Shown: positions 1 to 11,299 of the stretch, one piece after another
Numbering within the stretch: position 1 is the first letter of the stretch
Layout of the letters: each line of letters begins with the position of its first letter
Assembly (NCBI RefSeq): GCF_003918875.1
Contig: NW_025765558.1
Location: forward strand, 1,240,001 to 1,304,000
Source: Haliotis rubra
Taxonomy: Eukaryota
Reading direction: 5' to 3'
Length of the DNA: 64,000 nucleotides
Notes under the pieces: generated by a model
Seen by the model: the letters and a program-made list of their open reading frames with translations, nothing else
What the model was told of the DNA's origin: nothing
The model's database searches: none
Position numbers and translations under genes: made by a program

Positions 1-479
1 GGGCAGTACCGGCAGGCTTTACGCTCACCTCTTCACGAACCCATAACTGGGAGTTTCCAAAGCTAACGCACCGAAACAATGGGAATTGGGCTTGCGACGC
101 AAGCGTGACATTTCGTAACCGATGTCCGCATATTATTCAAATTTGTTTTCTGAATCTCGTTAATCAGAGATTTAAAAAAGTCAAATTGGAAAAATAATGC
201 ACGGACATAAATATTTTCATTTGAGTTTTAAAGAATTCTATGAATTTAGAAGTAACGTATAACCATCATTTTCCTTCACAATCACAAATGCTTTGTTTCA
301 AAAGTATTTTACACCAAGATGTACAATGAAATACACATAGAGTTGGAGAGATGTCTTGATACTAATGTATCATATAATTTAAAATAGTTTTAGCTGAAGC
401 AAGGACAGAGGCAGCCCGCTGCTTGTACAAATTGTGTAAAAGGCGGATGCTACTGGTGTGGAAGGGCATGCTTCACTGA

Positions 480-880
480 TTTTCAGTGGTCGTCACCAAT
501 AACACCTACATTTTGCGTTTCATACAGAATGAAAACAGCTTCTGGGGATAAGAAGACTAAGTACCATTAGCACTGACGTTTGAAATTCCCAAAAGGACAC
601 CTGCGAAGAAGCTGCGCTCAGTGTCTCTTGGTCTTCTTGCTGAGAGGGAAACCGTCAGTCAACGCCCTGATTTAAGAGCTCTTTGTGTATCAGAACTTTA
701 CACGTGCTTCCCTGTTCTCTCCCTGGGATATTCCAGTAACATCCTCATGTACTCAAGTCAGTATAGGTTTCAAATATCCCCATGCTTGTCTTCCCTCGTT
801 CAATCTATTAACAGCCAACAACTGCTCCTGGTATTTGTCTACACATGACAATGCCAGCATCGTCACATTGCATGGAATGA
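480..880 (-). pseudogene. Decayed paramyxovirus-like fusion (F) protein N-terminal fragment with cleavage site/fusion peptide
   Basis: Minus-strand translation gives CVDKYQEQLL (F2-like). After frameshifts it gives RRPRDTERS-FFAGVLLGISNVSA (~575-640), resembling the F1 fusion peptide (measles KR-FAGVVLAG). Multiple stops. Confidence 0.6.
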
Positions 881-1221
881 CATTTCTGAAACATTATAAC
901 GTCAAAATAATTACGGCTACTTTAAAAACAAACGTTCTTAAGGTTTTTAACATTACATTTTGGCATAACCTTTTAGAGTGTGTGGTTACATGATATCCCC
1001 AAATGAATAGTTTATTGTCCCCTTTTAGTGAAGGCACGAATTCTGGCGAAACTAATATTTGAGTTTATAAGACAAGCAACGCCGACCCAGACAGATGGTC
1101 ATACATTTATTTATTCGACCATTCCACTAACCCACAATAAAAGCGCTTTAGTTATTTCTTTTATTATTTTCTTTTTCAATTATTTCGTCATGGTTTCGAA
1201 ACCTGCACTTTTAATTTTCGA

Positions 1222-1432
1222 GACCCGTTAAGATCAGTTTTTGAATTGGTCTTCAGTAACCCATGTCGTAAGTACCGACTTGGTTGACACATCGGTTCCC
1301 ATTTGCGTAGATCGATGCTCATGCTGTTGATCACTGGATAGTCTGGTTCAGACTCGATTATTTACAGACCACCGCCATATACCTGGAATATTGCTGAGTG
1401 CGGCGTTAAACAACAAACCTACCAACCAACCA
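1222..1432 (+). mobile_element. SINE-like family A copy
   Basis: gacccg..agatc...gatcgatgctcatgctgttgatcactgga...ggaatattgctgagtgcggcgttaaac followed by a (caa/caac)n tail. About 20 copies or fragments occur in the window. Confidence 0.85.
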
Positions 1433-1439
1433 ATCTAAG

Positions 1440-2720
1440 TTTCGAAAATGAATCTTATTTATGTCCTAATTTATACAACATGTCACAAGAAAACTCCCAG
1501 ATGAAAGGTTATAGTTAACATCCACAATTAGTACAGAATTCCTTCGAGAAATATTCCGCAAAGAGACACCATATTTTAATATGGCGCCAGTGTCAAAACC
1601 AGAAACTGTTTGAATCCTATTTCAGCACCAGATACAATCTGAGAGACGCCAGTGGCATGGAGGTGCAAATATGTAGCAATCCTTTGAATATTTATGGTGC
1701 TGTAACGTGACCATTCGTTTCAAACATGTTTTTATCATTTATGCAATGACAACTGCATGTTTTCCACACCAATTCAAGGCATGCAATGAGATGGGAAAAA
1801 CGTTTTCCACTTTAGCAAACGAGGTTTAACGTCTCCAGTGATTTTAGCCATGTCCTGAAACATCTGACCATTTATGAAGGCTTGGTTGTAAATCTCAAAG
1901 GAGTCTGATATCGATTAATGCAGTATTTAGGATTCGGACGATATTTGACATGAGAGATTAACAGAGACTTCCTTGGCGGCCTGACGAGACCAGACACGGA
2001 AGTGGGTAACTAGGTAATGGTGAATTTCTGTGTCGCTGTGTCCTCGGAAAGAGGGTTACGAGTGGGGAACTATGAGATATTACATGCCTGGTTGACTGTT
2101 TCAGAAGTTTGTTCTGGAATGCTTGACAATGGTGCTAATTTTGAGCTGATTGTTGCTGGAATTACCAGAACAATACTGCTGATTCAGAGGTAATTGGGGA
2201 GATTCCTTAGTACAAGAACTCCTCATACAGAACCAGCGGAAACAGCAATTGAGGGATACACACAAAATCTGACTTTAATCATAAAAGAATCGAAACAATT
2301 TCACAAGTCATATTGAAATTGTAGTGGAATGTCGTTAACTTGAACATCGTTAATAGTAACTACTAATGGTTCATTCCAATCACTGTTTATCCCAGATGCA
2401 GACTTGTTTTTAGCGTTGCGGTGTTTATGCACATGAGTATTACTGGTAGTTGTAGTTGTATACACTGTTGTCGTTGTATACACTGTTGTCGTTGTTGTAC
2501 TTGTATACACTGTTGTCGTTGTATACACTGTTGTCGTTGTATACACTGTTGTCGTTGTTGTACTTGTATACACTGTTGTCGTTGTATACACTGTTGTCGT
2601 TGTATACACTGTTGTCGTTGTTGTAGTTGTATACACTGTTGTCGTTGTATACACTGTTGTAGTTGTATAGAAAGGGAATTCTCCTCTGATGTATATAGGG
2701 TACGTAGGAATGTCATGTAT
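1440..2720 (-). pseudogene. Decayed HN/H/G-like attachment protein with Thr-rich (mucin-like) segment
   Basis: ORF 2301-2654 continues past one stop into FCVYPSIAVS (~2238-2267; cf. HN GCVRxPSLxI). Downstream are PPCHW..CIWC, YGVSLRNISRRNSVLIV (cf. xGVxLxSxxxRxNPxI) and FLVTCCIN (cf. YTTTSCIT), in HN order. Confidence 0.6.
2447..2668. repeat. Minisatellite, 18-bp unit gttgtatacactgttgtc with in-frame variants (reads TTTTVY on minus strand)
   Basis: Directly visible tandem repeat. Unit lengths are multiples of 3. Confidence 0.95.
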
Positions 2721-3439
2721 AAATTGATGACGTTACCTTGTCGCGAACACCCCTTGTCATCACTGGTATTCAGTTATTAATTCACATAATTCTCAATAAC
2801 TGTGTCCTTTATGTCCAGTGGTATCTGTCTTCACGGATAATGACCTCGACAGTTTACAATTTTTCTGGGATCTCCAGACGCGATTATATACTGGCCGCCA
2901 TTCTATAGTTGGAATGTTGCCGAGTAGAGCGTTACGCATCAGACAAAATCTCTATACTGTTGCTTGTTAACACACGCTTTGGTGTAACGTGTCATAACAC
3001 GCTCCATACTGTAAGGTTGTATCGCCCTCCGTCCTGGAACGCCTCAAATCCTTTAACGCCCGTCAACAGTACTGTACTTAGCTGAAGTGTAACAGGCTGT
3101 GGCCAGTATGTTGTACACTGACGCCCTCTATAGTGTAACATTAATACTACCGTCTACACTGTATATATACACCATAACATTATAACGCCAAATATATACA
3201 TTCTATAAAGTGCTGCAAGCCTTTTGTTTTGACACATCCTTTAACAACGCATCAGATGTAATGTCCCTTAATGCCCAATATTGTTCAAAGGTTTCTGACA
3301 CCCTCTATACGTATCATGTACTGTAGTACGCCTTCCGAACAGTAACACCTGTAACTCCCCACAAATTGTAATTCGCCCTCCACATTTAACATAACGTAAC
3401 GCTTTCAATGACGTAAGTTGCAACGACCACTTTCCTGCA

Positions 3440-4330
3440 AAATTTTGCAGAAAGAGTCAGGACCAATTCATATTTCTTCAAATAATTAGCCTGAAAGACA
3501 AGCACTGTAGTCGGTACTCGGACTTGGTAATTCTCAGTTAATGATGTTGCTGACCTGTAATGTCATCCACGTTTCAGGGCTAAGGCTGACGCACAAACTG
3601 TCGGGCAAAAGAAAGCATTCGTGTAGACTGCAGTTTGATGGTGGCTAAAAATGAAACTAACAAGAGATGTTTATTTGATGGTGATGTATGACAGTTGTGT
3701 TTTGAACCTAAGGTTTGCTGTATTTCTGGGACTTTTCGCAGCTTATATAGATCACGTATGTAATCCTGTTTAGTGTTGCCCATCAGCTTATAAAGAAAGG
3801 AAAACCCAACATTATTCTTTTTGATCTATTCAATGTACGATACTTAGACTTTTCTAATTTTAGCAGCTTAACACAGTGATTAAGATATATGATCGATATT
3901 CAGGCCATAAAAGTTACAAAGCGAGAAGCAATCGTGGCTAATAGATAAAACTCGTTTATGGCCCAAGTCTGAGTCTTAATTGTGGTAGTGTCTGGAACAT
4001 CCTCGTCCTTGAGAAATTGATTCGGTTTGACGCTCGCTGTCTGGTAGAAAATGCTCTTCAAAATACATCGTGTTGTTGTAAAATTCCTTTCAACAAGTAT
4101 CATGGTTTGAAATTGTACATTCTGTTGCGTGGTTTGACACACACTGAACATAAACAGGCTATCTTTGTGTCAAATACAACAACTATCCACTTCTCGAAAA
4201 CATCAGAATCTCACAAGTGGATAACGTTCGATCACTTAGGGCAGAGTGTTCAAATGTTGGTTGAAACACAAACCTACCAGAATTAAGATGTCCAGCTTTT
4301 ACGAGGTTGCCATTTGATTTGAAGGCGTGT
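3440..4330 (-). pseudogene. Two adjacent decayed HN-like fragments (C-terminal blades at 3880-4330; mid-propeller at 3440-3800)
   Basis: LLYLTQR (cf. LLYYQRS), TECTISNHDTC.KEFY (cf. CxxxNxCPxxCxxGVY), FLPDSERQTE and VLSISHDCFS (cf. YTTTTCF). Then SKHNCHTS at the NRKSCS position. Confidence 0.5.
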
Positions 4331-4559
4331 TGAAAGATTACTTCTAAAAAAACCCAATATTCCAGCCGTTTATGAACCAAATAGCAAAACAGTTGCTTCG
4401 TTTTGTAGACCCCCCCCCCAAAACAACCAACCAAACAAAAAAACAACGATGTGCTCTTTTCTTCAGACTGAGTGTTCCCTTGTGTTGACGAATTACAGAC
4501 TTTATAAACGTGTCTAAAGAATTCAATTCGTTGGTGGTTTTTTTCCACATTTTAAAACA

Positions 4560-5280
4560 GTAATACAGGGGAATCGGTTCTTGTGTTAGAAGTTATTATT
4601 GGGCTCTCAGACATTTGAAAATTTGTTCACCTCAAACCCAAATCCAGACTTGAAAAAAACAAAATGTTGCTCCATAGATGGTGTAAACATTTCAGTAATA
4701 TTTTATGCTTACATAAAGGACGCTGAATGGACTGTATTGTAGTCTTGATGTCAATAAAAGCTTCTTAGTCAGGAGAATGGACTTGCCAGTGAAATGGTCT
4801 AGATTTACTACATTCCGCTTAATACTGCTGCACCTTTCCCTGTGGTAGGCACTTTAAGCCCTGGGTTATAATGTTTTCCGTCCAATGTTTTCCGTGCATT
4901 TTTCCGCGGGCACACACATCGAAAGCCATAGATTCACAATTAACAAAGCGCCTCTTTTTCTGACCATTTCCTTTTTAGTAATTCGACGTCCACAAGGACT
5001 TTGATCATAGAATAACAACCAACAAATCGCAACTGACATTGATGAAGGAGACAGCTGGCATTGGTGATATCATATTGGAGCATAGAAGCCACTCTTCATG
5101 GAAATCGCGGACACTTTCACAGGTTTGTGCAAGATGTGTCCACAAATACTTTCAGATGAAATGAAGATGTCACGAGCCGATATCAGTATTTCCCTGCTGT
5201 GCACAGATATGGCCAGATCTTTTATTTTGATTAGTTTCTTGTTAATGATGTCACTTTGACCCATAGATTCCACATCAAGG
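4560..5280 (-). pseudogene. Decayed paramyxovirus-like matrix (M) protein
   Basis: Collinear motifs: IFISSESICGHI (cf. VFNANQVCNAV), SAISMKSGFYAP (cf. SITRLSDNGYYTVP), ALLIVNL (cf. TFMVHIG), NLDHFTGKSILL (cf. ALGGIGGTSLHI), LRAQ (cf. VRIQAVLQPS). The second copy gives Y*AEYM*TKL and LRAQSIFPTS. Confidence 0.65.
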
Positions 5281-5299
5281 TTTTAGATCCAACCAAGAA

Positions 5300-5572
5300 G
5301 GTTACAACCGGCTGCTAGTACTAGCCCAGACTGAAGCTGGTTTTATAGTGCTAGCCCACTGAGATACCATGCCGCAGTGGAGCATGAATACCCCACTCAG
5401 ACACATTATACTGACTCCGAGCCGACCAGACCTTGTTGTACCCATTAATGCCGAGCGCCAGGCAACAGGTACCATATTTTAACGTCTTTTGGTATGACGC
5501 GGTCGGGGATCGAACCCACGACCTTCCGCTCTCCGGGCGGACGCTCTAACCACTACACCACGGAGGCGGCCG
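5300..5572 (-). mobile_element. tRNA-derived SINE with Meta-domain-like core (MetaSINE-like)
   Basis: Minus strand: A box gtggtgtagtggttagagcg and B box ggttcgatccc, then cgcgtcataccaaaagacgttaaaatatggtacc...gcctggcgctcggcattaa. Absent from the duplicate block (~18.0 kb). Confidence 0.7.
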
Positions 5573-5589
5573 CTTATGACAAGAAACTT

Positions 5590-6960
5590 ACGATGCATTG
5601 AATATATTATGACAACTTCTTGTGGGAAAACCCGAATGAGGACCTGGCAGCCATTACCAAATCTGATCCCCAACTTTTTGTGGTCAAGATATAATGAACA
5701 TTACGAACTTACTGCTGCTTTTCAGGGTCGTTTACGGGATACATAATTATCTAAACATCTACAAAAGAGGCATAAATGACTGGCAGATGATTTGCACAAG
5801 TGCATGCAAGTTTATCGGAACAAAACAAATGATAATCTTTCTGAAGAATTCTATTTATGTGTAATGAGTTAAACCGTTGTGAAACCCCCTGTTATCATGG
5901 GTCCTCTCACTGCCTCTGAACATCCCGCCGCCATATATCTGGAATATTGCTGAGTGTGGCGTTAAGCAACAAACACTATACAATCTAAACAAACGGACAA
6001 GAGGGTAAATATGCTGGTAGAGTAAGCATAATAAAAGAACTAGCTGCAAATACTGCGGAGCAGACACGTTGGACTGAAGTGCAAATACCAGCTTGTGTTT
6101 GTACATCGTAAGGAAATAATTGGCAAGGCACCGTCACAGAAATATTGTTAAATAATTATGCCTGATAGGAGGCCCAATCTTTTATTGCTAAAGGATATGT
6201 AAAACAGTCCTCGTAAAATCAGAGTATGATGTTGTCATTTTGATAACACTGGAGTCGTCAAACTTAATAAAACATGTTTTCCTAGCAAACTATGAAGCAC
6301 CCTAACCAGCGGGAATGAAGATTCTGAGCTTTTCGTCAAACCAGCGAGTCGAAACCAACACCAGCGAGGGACGTGGCACGACTAAGAAAACACCTCGGTA
6401 CCGCTGGCAGGATAATCAGCTGATCGTCAGCTGTTATATATACATCATGGAACGAAATGAAAAGAGATGACATCCCGGCTGTTGATGTTGATCTAGAAAT
6501 ACAACCTTTTCAGTTTGAACCACTTTTTGACAGCGGAAACGACGGAAAATGACTACTAACGATAATTCCTGCAGCTTAAGCAGTGAAATATCTGCTCCCG
6601 ATCCCGAATCTTTTGAATAACGCAGAATGGTAATTACTATTCAAATTTCTTAAAATTTGAGTACACATACATAGATAAGAGCGTTTGTTTTACATGGCTA
6701 AGAATCACTCCAGAATTCCAGACCAATATAGACTACTGAAAACGCCGAGTATTCAGAATAGTTTATCACTGTGCTGAGTTTTACTTTTACGATAGATATA
6801 TCCACGTATATATAGCGATTAATTCCAACTCTGGGGGTTTACAAATTGTATGCTTCACGCGCACACTCATCATAACTTTCAGTCGTCATTGGTATATTAG
6901 GACAGATAAGATGCATCTCTGATAGGAAGGTACTTTTCTTTTTGAAAAAATGTACCCCAT
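5590..6960 (-). pseudogene. Two decayed HN-like fragments (6200-6960 and 5590-6130)
   Basis: ICPNIPMTTESYDECAREAY (cf. [13 protein letters not shown]). Then FFYYAYSTSIF (cf. IYAYTSNLI), VQIICQS and WLPGPHSG (cf. YPGVGSG). Confidence 0.5.
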
Positions 6961-7289
6961 TTCCGTAATGGTGAGAATTTCGTGGAATTGCTGGATCACA
7001 TTCGTGCTGAATCTTTAGCTTACAGCTCAGAACTTTTAAATTTATGAGTAATTACAAATATGAATATACAATGTCATTTAGAAAGTGGCCAAAGGTTATG
7101 AGTGAGTGAGTTTAGTTTTACGCCGCGCTCAGCAATATTCCAGCTATATGGCGGCCTAATGTTATGTTTGGGATTACACTTTCTCATCAAGGTACACATT
7201 CTAGTACTTTTGTTGGGTTGAGTTCCATCCAGGATTCTAACCCATACTCTGAGAGTAAGGCACGTACACGTTAACTGTGTTTCTTGATG

Positions 7290-8430
7290 ATTTGCTCTGT
7301 TCCTTTGCTATTTTGAGATTCATTGATGACTGTTTTTATAGCAAAACATCACTATGGCATTTCTGTCCGAAACAATAATTCATATTTGATTCAGTGACGA
7401 TATCACGTTTTAGCACAAATCTTGTATATGTATATGGTTGATCAAAAGTGGTATATTTGTGAGAAATGGTTTTGAGAGAACATATTGTCCCATCAGCCAT
7501 CTTGAATCTATCTCTATTGTGTTTGATTTTCCACTGGAAGCTTCTCTGAACACACCCGCATGCTGGAACTTAGGCATATCCATCAGTGACACAAATGGCT
7601 TTTATTCAGCTTTTTATAAAAGTTACAATACATGCAATGACTGAGCGATCAATGCGCATCACGAGGGAATATCAGAATTCGGATCCTGGCATATGAAGGG
7701 TTTTTGTAGTTTTGTAAGATAAGTCAACAAAATAACTTGTAAAGAATTGCAAACTAGCAACTCGATACAGTTTCTGACGCAGAATTCTATCCATGAATGT
7801 CCAAAAACCAACACGAAGTCCGAGATGATTATCAGTACTATGTGAGGAATGTCATAGAGATTGGCCTTTTCTGTAAGATTCTCTCAGTTGTCATCAAATA
7901 TCCAGACAGAAACTCCATGACGAGGATACTGATATACACCATGATTACGTGAAAAGCCAGATCAATAAAAGCAAGGATATATAACACAGATTTCTGAATA
8001 ATCAAATTTGCAATTTGATATAAACATTGAGCAAAACGACAGCTCACATGTCTTTCTAAGGGCTCTTTGTGAATACAAATGGAAAGCCCAATTTCCACAT
8101 TGCAGCTGATGGGTCAATGAAAACACATAGTCAAAAAGACAAAGAGTCTTACAACAGAGGCGCACTCCAACAAGACTAAGAACAAACTGATGAAGCTAAC
8201 TGCTTCATTGCTCTTATTTCAAGATTTTATGATACCTTTTTTTAACAAACTGGCGAGTTATCAATATACAGAAGCACACAATTACTTCGTTTAAAGGATT
8301 AACAAATCTTCTTCACAAATCTTCACTGGCTTTGATCATTTCAATTTCAACCTGGTTGCCAAATCTAGTTAGTATCAAGGTTGCCAAATAGCCTTCGTTG
8401 TTTTGCAATATGAACATGGCTAAACTTGCT
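7290..8430 (-). pseudogene. Decayed HN-like fragment(s) present only in the first duplicated block
   Basis: VNPLNE, LCLFDYVFSLTHQLQC (cf. LxIxDxIYAYTHNLIxxGC), RKTCEL at ~8041-8058 (cf. NRKSCSL), QYPRHGVSV (cf. LYPSVGPG), later FICQDPNSD..CAL. Confidence 0.55.
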
Positions 8431-8442
8431 CTGTGGATCAAG

Positions 8443-8604
8443 GACGATGGGGTAGCCTAGTGGTTAAAGCGTTCACTCGTCACGCCGAAGAAACAGGTTC
8501 GATTCCCCATATGGGCACAATGTGTGAGGTCCATTTCTGGTGTTCCCTGCCGTGATATTGCTGGAATATTGCTAAACGCAGCGCAAAACTAAACTCACTC
8601 ACTC
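8443..8604 (+). mobile_element. SINE family B (tRNA-Asp-like head)
   Basis: ggggtagcctagtggttaaagcgttc.ctcgtcacgccgaaga...ggttcgattccc with a GTC anticodon-like loop. Shares the 3' tail gctggaatattgcta...aaactaaactcactcactc with family A. Confidence 0.85.
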
Positions 8605-8854
8605 CCTTATGGATCAGAGAAAACTAAATCACAACTATGTAGTTGGAAAGTATAGTTGTGATTTATCTGAAAAACCTAGCTTCTAAAGAAAATCTCTCAA
8701 AGGGGATTGGTAACTAAAGGAACAATGTTAGTAAAACTTAACCCAAATAGTTACATTGGTTACGATTTTAAAATATAATCAGGATTATAAATTAACCCTT
8801 TTGTTGTAATTTGACACGTGTTATATTACACTGTCACAGGAAATTGCAGATTCT

Positions 8855-8972
8855 AGTACATCTGTTGGGTTGAGTACCATCCGGGATTCGAACCCGCATT
8901 TTCGACGTCAGGAACCTAGTCGCCAGCACACAAAGTTAGCGATCTAACCCACTCAGCCGTCGTGGGTTCCCA
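8855..8972 (-). mobile_element. tRNA-like SINE head (third family); related remnants at ~7200-7265 and ~19590-19645
   Basis: Minus strand ggctgagtgggttagatcgc ... gcgggttcgaatcccggatggtactcaaccca gives A and B boxes with an extended spacer. Confidence 0.55.
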
Positions 8973-8999
8973 AAAATGGGAGTCGGACTGCTAGTAGTC

Positions 9000-10140
9000 G
9001 AGATCACGGACTTTGTGTATCCCTTTGACAAGTATAAATTTGCACGGTTCCCAAAAATCCCACAAGATCCGTCCCAGAAATCGACAAACCATTTCCATAT
9101 TCACAGAAAATATGTGCCAAAAGCAGATTGTGCGATTACGACTATACCACGACGGAATGTGTCTTTGAAGTTGAGACACCTTTGGCCTGTGCCAACACTG
9201 TAATGCGTCCGGTAAAGAACGTACATGCCTTATAAAGAAATTATCATAAAATAAACCCAGGCAGGAAATAAGGAGATTACTTTATCCTTTCCTTCCCACG
9301 TTGTTTACAGCTGCCTCAATGCTTGGGAAGCCACACTCCTACAGCACCATCTGTATGACCACAGTATCTTATCCCAGCATATTTGGGAAATTGCGTGAAC
9401 GACTAACCTGCATTAACACTTTCCACCCCAATGACAACGAACGTGTTAATCTCGGCGAAAATCTGAAACCAAATAAACGCATCTGTGAAACGCATGTCAG
9501 AAACGAATCGCAATTACGTTACATCTAGTATTTCGCTTATCAGCACATATTTATGGCATTCATGCTTGTTAGCTGGTCTTTCATAAATAAAAGCTTTCCG
9601 TTTATGAAAATAGATGTCTGTTTCAAGTTATTTTGTCAGCATGAAGTGTGGCACGGGTAATGGCATTCTTGTGGGGTAAATCGATGAAAAAAAGGAATAC
9701 TGTATGATAATGATATTGTATGATGATTAGGTACCATTCATATTAACTGAGGCTTCAGTAAATGGAACAAGATGTTTGTAAAACAAATGCATATTCTAAG
9801 GCTATGTATCGGCACAGGATGGAACTGACAGATATTTCATTTGTTGCACAGCTGGCACAGTAATGAAGGCAACTGATCCTTGTGCTTGGAGTCGTTATAT
9901 CTGTGTACTTCCTTTAATGGGTTCCATCCCGTCTGGTGACAGCAGGGGAAATTTAATTGCAATGGTCAATAAACCATCCTTTGTAATAAAAATAGAAACC
10001 CGTTAAAGGCGGAAAGATATTCGAGACAAATATTATGTACTTGAGACACTTCCTTGGCCTCGTTTCCTAAAGGCATTTGTCATTGATTAATGAGCATATC
10101 ATGTATCTATTCCAAACTGATTAGTGTTGCCAGCATATTC
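9000..10140 (-). pseudogene. Decayed HN-like gene (stalk to blade 4); copies at ~19680-21180, 23780-24880 and 38000-39100
   Basis: From the four-copy comparison: TIAIKVPLL (stalk, cf. VALESPL/AVALPL), NMFIP, KRNT(R/K)CNVIAI at ~9505-9540 (cf. NRKSCSVIAI), AQSALL and GRTLWGFLGAVQIYTCQRDTQS (cf. [20 protein letters not shown]). Spacing fits HN. Confidence 0.65.
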
Positions 10141-10149
10141 CGAGATATG

Positions 10150-11060
10150 TCATGCTGCGTGCCACTCTTCATGTTGACTGCATTATTGATCTGTTCATCA
10201 GAAACAAGTAGGTGGCTGGTGGGTTTGGTGTTTATATCCAAATAATCTTACTTAGTGATATAGGTTTACTTAAGATTTGTGTGCTTAATGATAGAGATGA
10301 ATTGACTTCTGTTATGGCTAGAAACTGAAGATAACTTTATCTGATGGATATTTCGAGGAGCTGTTGGCTTTAGAGGACAGTTTACAGTTGACGTTGAATT
10401 CCTTTTATTCACCAGTAAACAACAAATAACGAGGCACAATGTGTTCTTGCGTTTGTAAAATCAACTAAGCATGGGCGGATATGGCGGCAATTAGATTGGA
10501 CTAAACAGTATGACAAATAATTCGACGCAGGACATTGACGGTGTCTGACGTGACGTGTTACCGAATACGTAGTGTACTTTCTCCCATTACGAAGAGTCGA
10601 TATTAGTGGAAATGTTATGAAACAGTCAATAATTGGCCACGACCTCCGTTGATCGGATGTAACGCTAGGAAAGGATGTGTTGACGTTGATAACATCAATC
10701 TTTTACGTAGACGTTTGACCTAAAGATCTCAGTGATAAACAGGAAGGGTCCGGTTATGGCGTACTTGTGTAGGAATTGATTGCTGCAGTACACCAGTTGT
10801 CTGTTTGAGCATGTATTTGCAGAGCACGTCAGATGGGTTCCCCGATGACTCGAAACGTTATATATTATGTTTTCTCCTCACACATGAGGACTATGTGTTA
10901 ATATATAATACCATGATTGTAGGAAATACAGTATTCTGGTTTTCAGTCAGAGGTTTCAAATCCCCATTGAACCTGTCATTGAAACAGCTGATTTCACGTA
11001 CGGTATTATTTTGGTTATTCCCAATCGTCTGCAGGTCAATTGGAATTAATAATTAGTGTG
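10150..11060 (-). pseudogene. Decayed HN-like mid-propeller fragment; copy at ~21190-22100
   Basis: SDVLCK, HPFLALHPINGG (cf. PYAALYPSVGPG), ITFPL..HCQCPA (copy 2), SYLQFLAI (cf. SKLQLGII). Confidence 0.5.
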
Positions 11061-11299
11061 GTTGGAGGTTACGAAAAACACGTTGCGGTTACAATGACAT
11101 TAAAATAGTGTGTGACATTACGTCTGTGGACGGACAGAATAGAAAGAGGTGAGTGTTTGTTCAAGGACATGGCATCAGCCCTTTTGATCTCAGCAGTTGC
11201 TCATCGTACCCTTCTGTACGCTACAACGAAAATAAATTGTGTCAAAAGACACCAGCACATTTTCAAAATATACTTTGCTTCAGAGCTGGACCAAAAACT

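Noticed and set aside
2387-2780. Cys-rich (metallothionein/keratin-like) and Gln-rich ORFs
   Set aside because: These are alternative frames of the 18-bp minisatellite.
6405-6430. Plus-strand QDNQ resembling the RdRp GDNQ motif
   Set aside because: No flanking motifs A or B, the paralogue reads RDNH, and the minus strand is HN-like.
7780-8400. L polymerase N-terminal motif (LVFGHSWIE resembling FRSFGHPRLE; RFGNQ..IKASE)
   Set aside because: The invariant Pro is missing, the spacing between the two motifs is about twice that expected, and the same interval carries a more coherent HN motif series.
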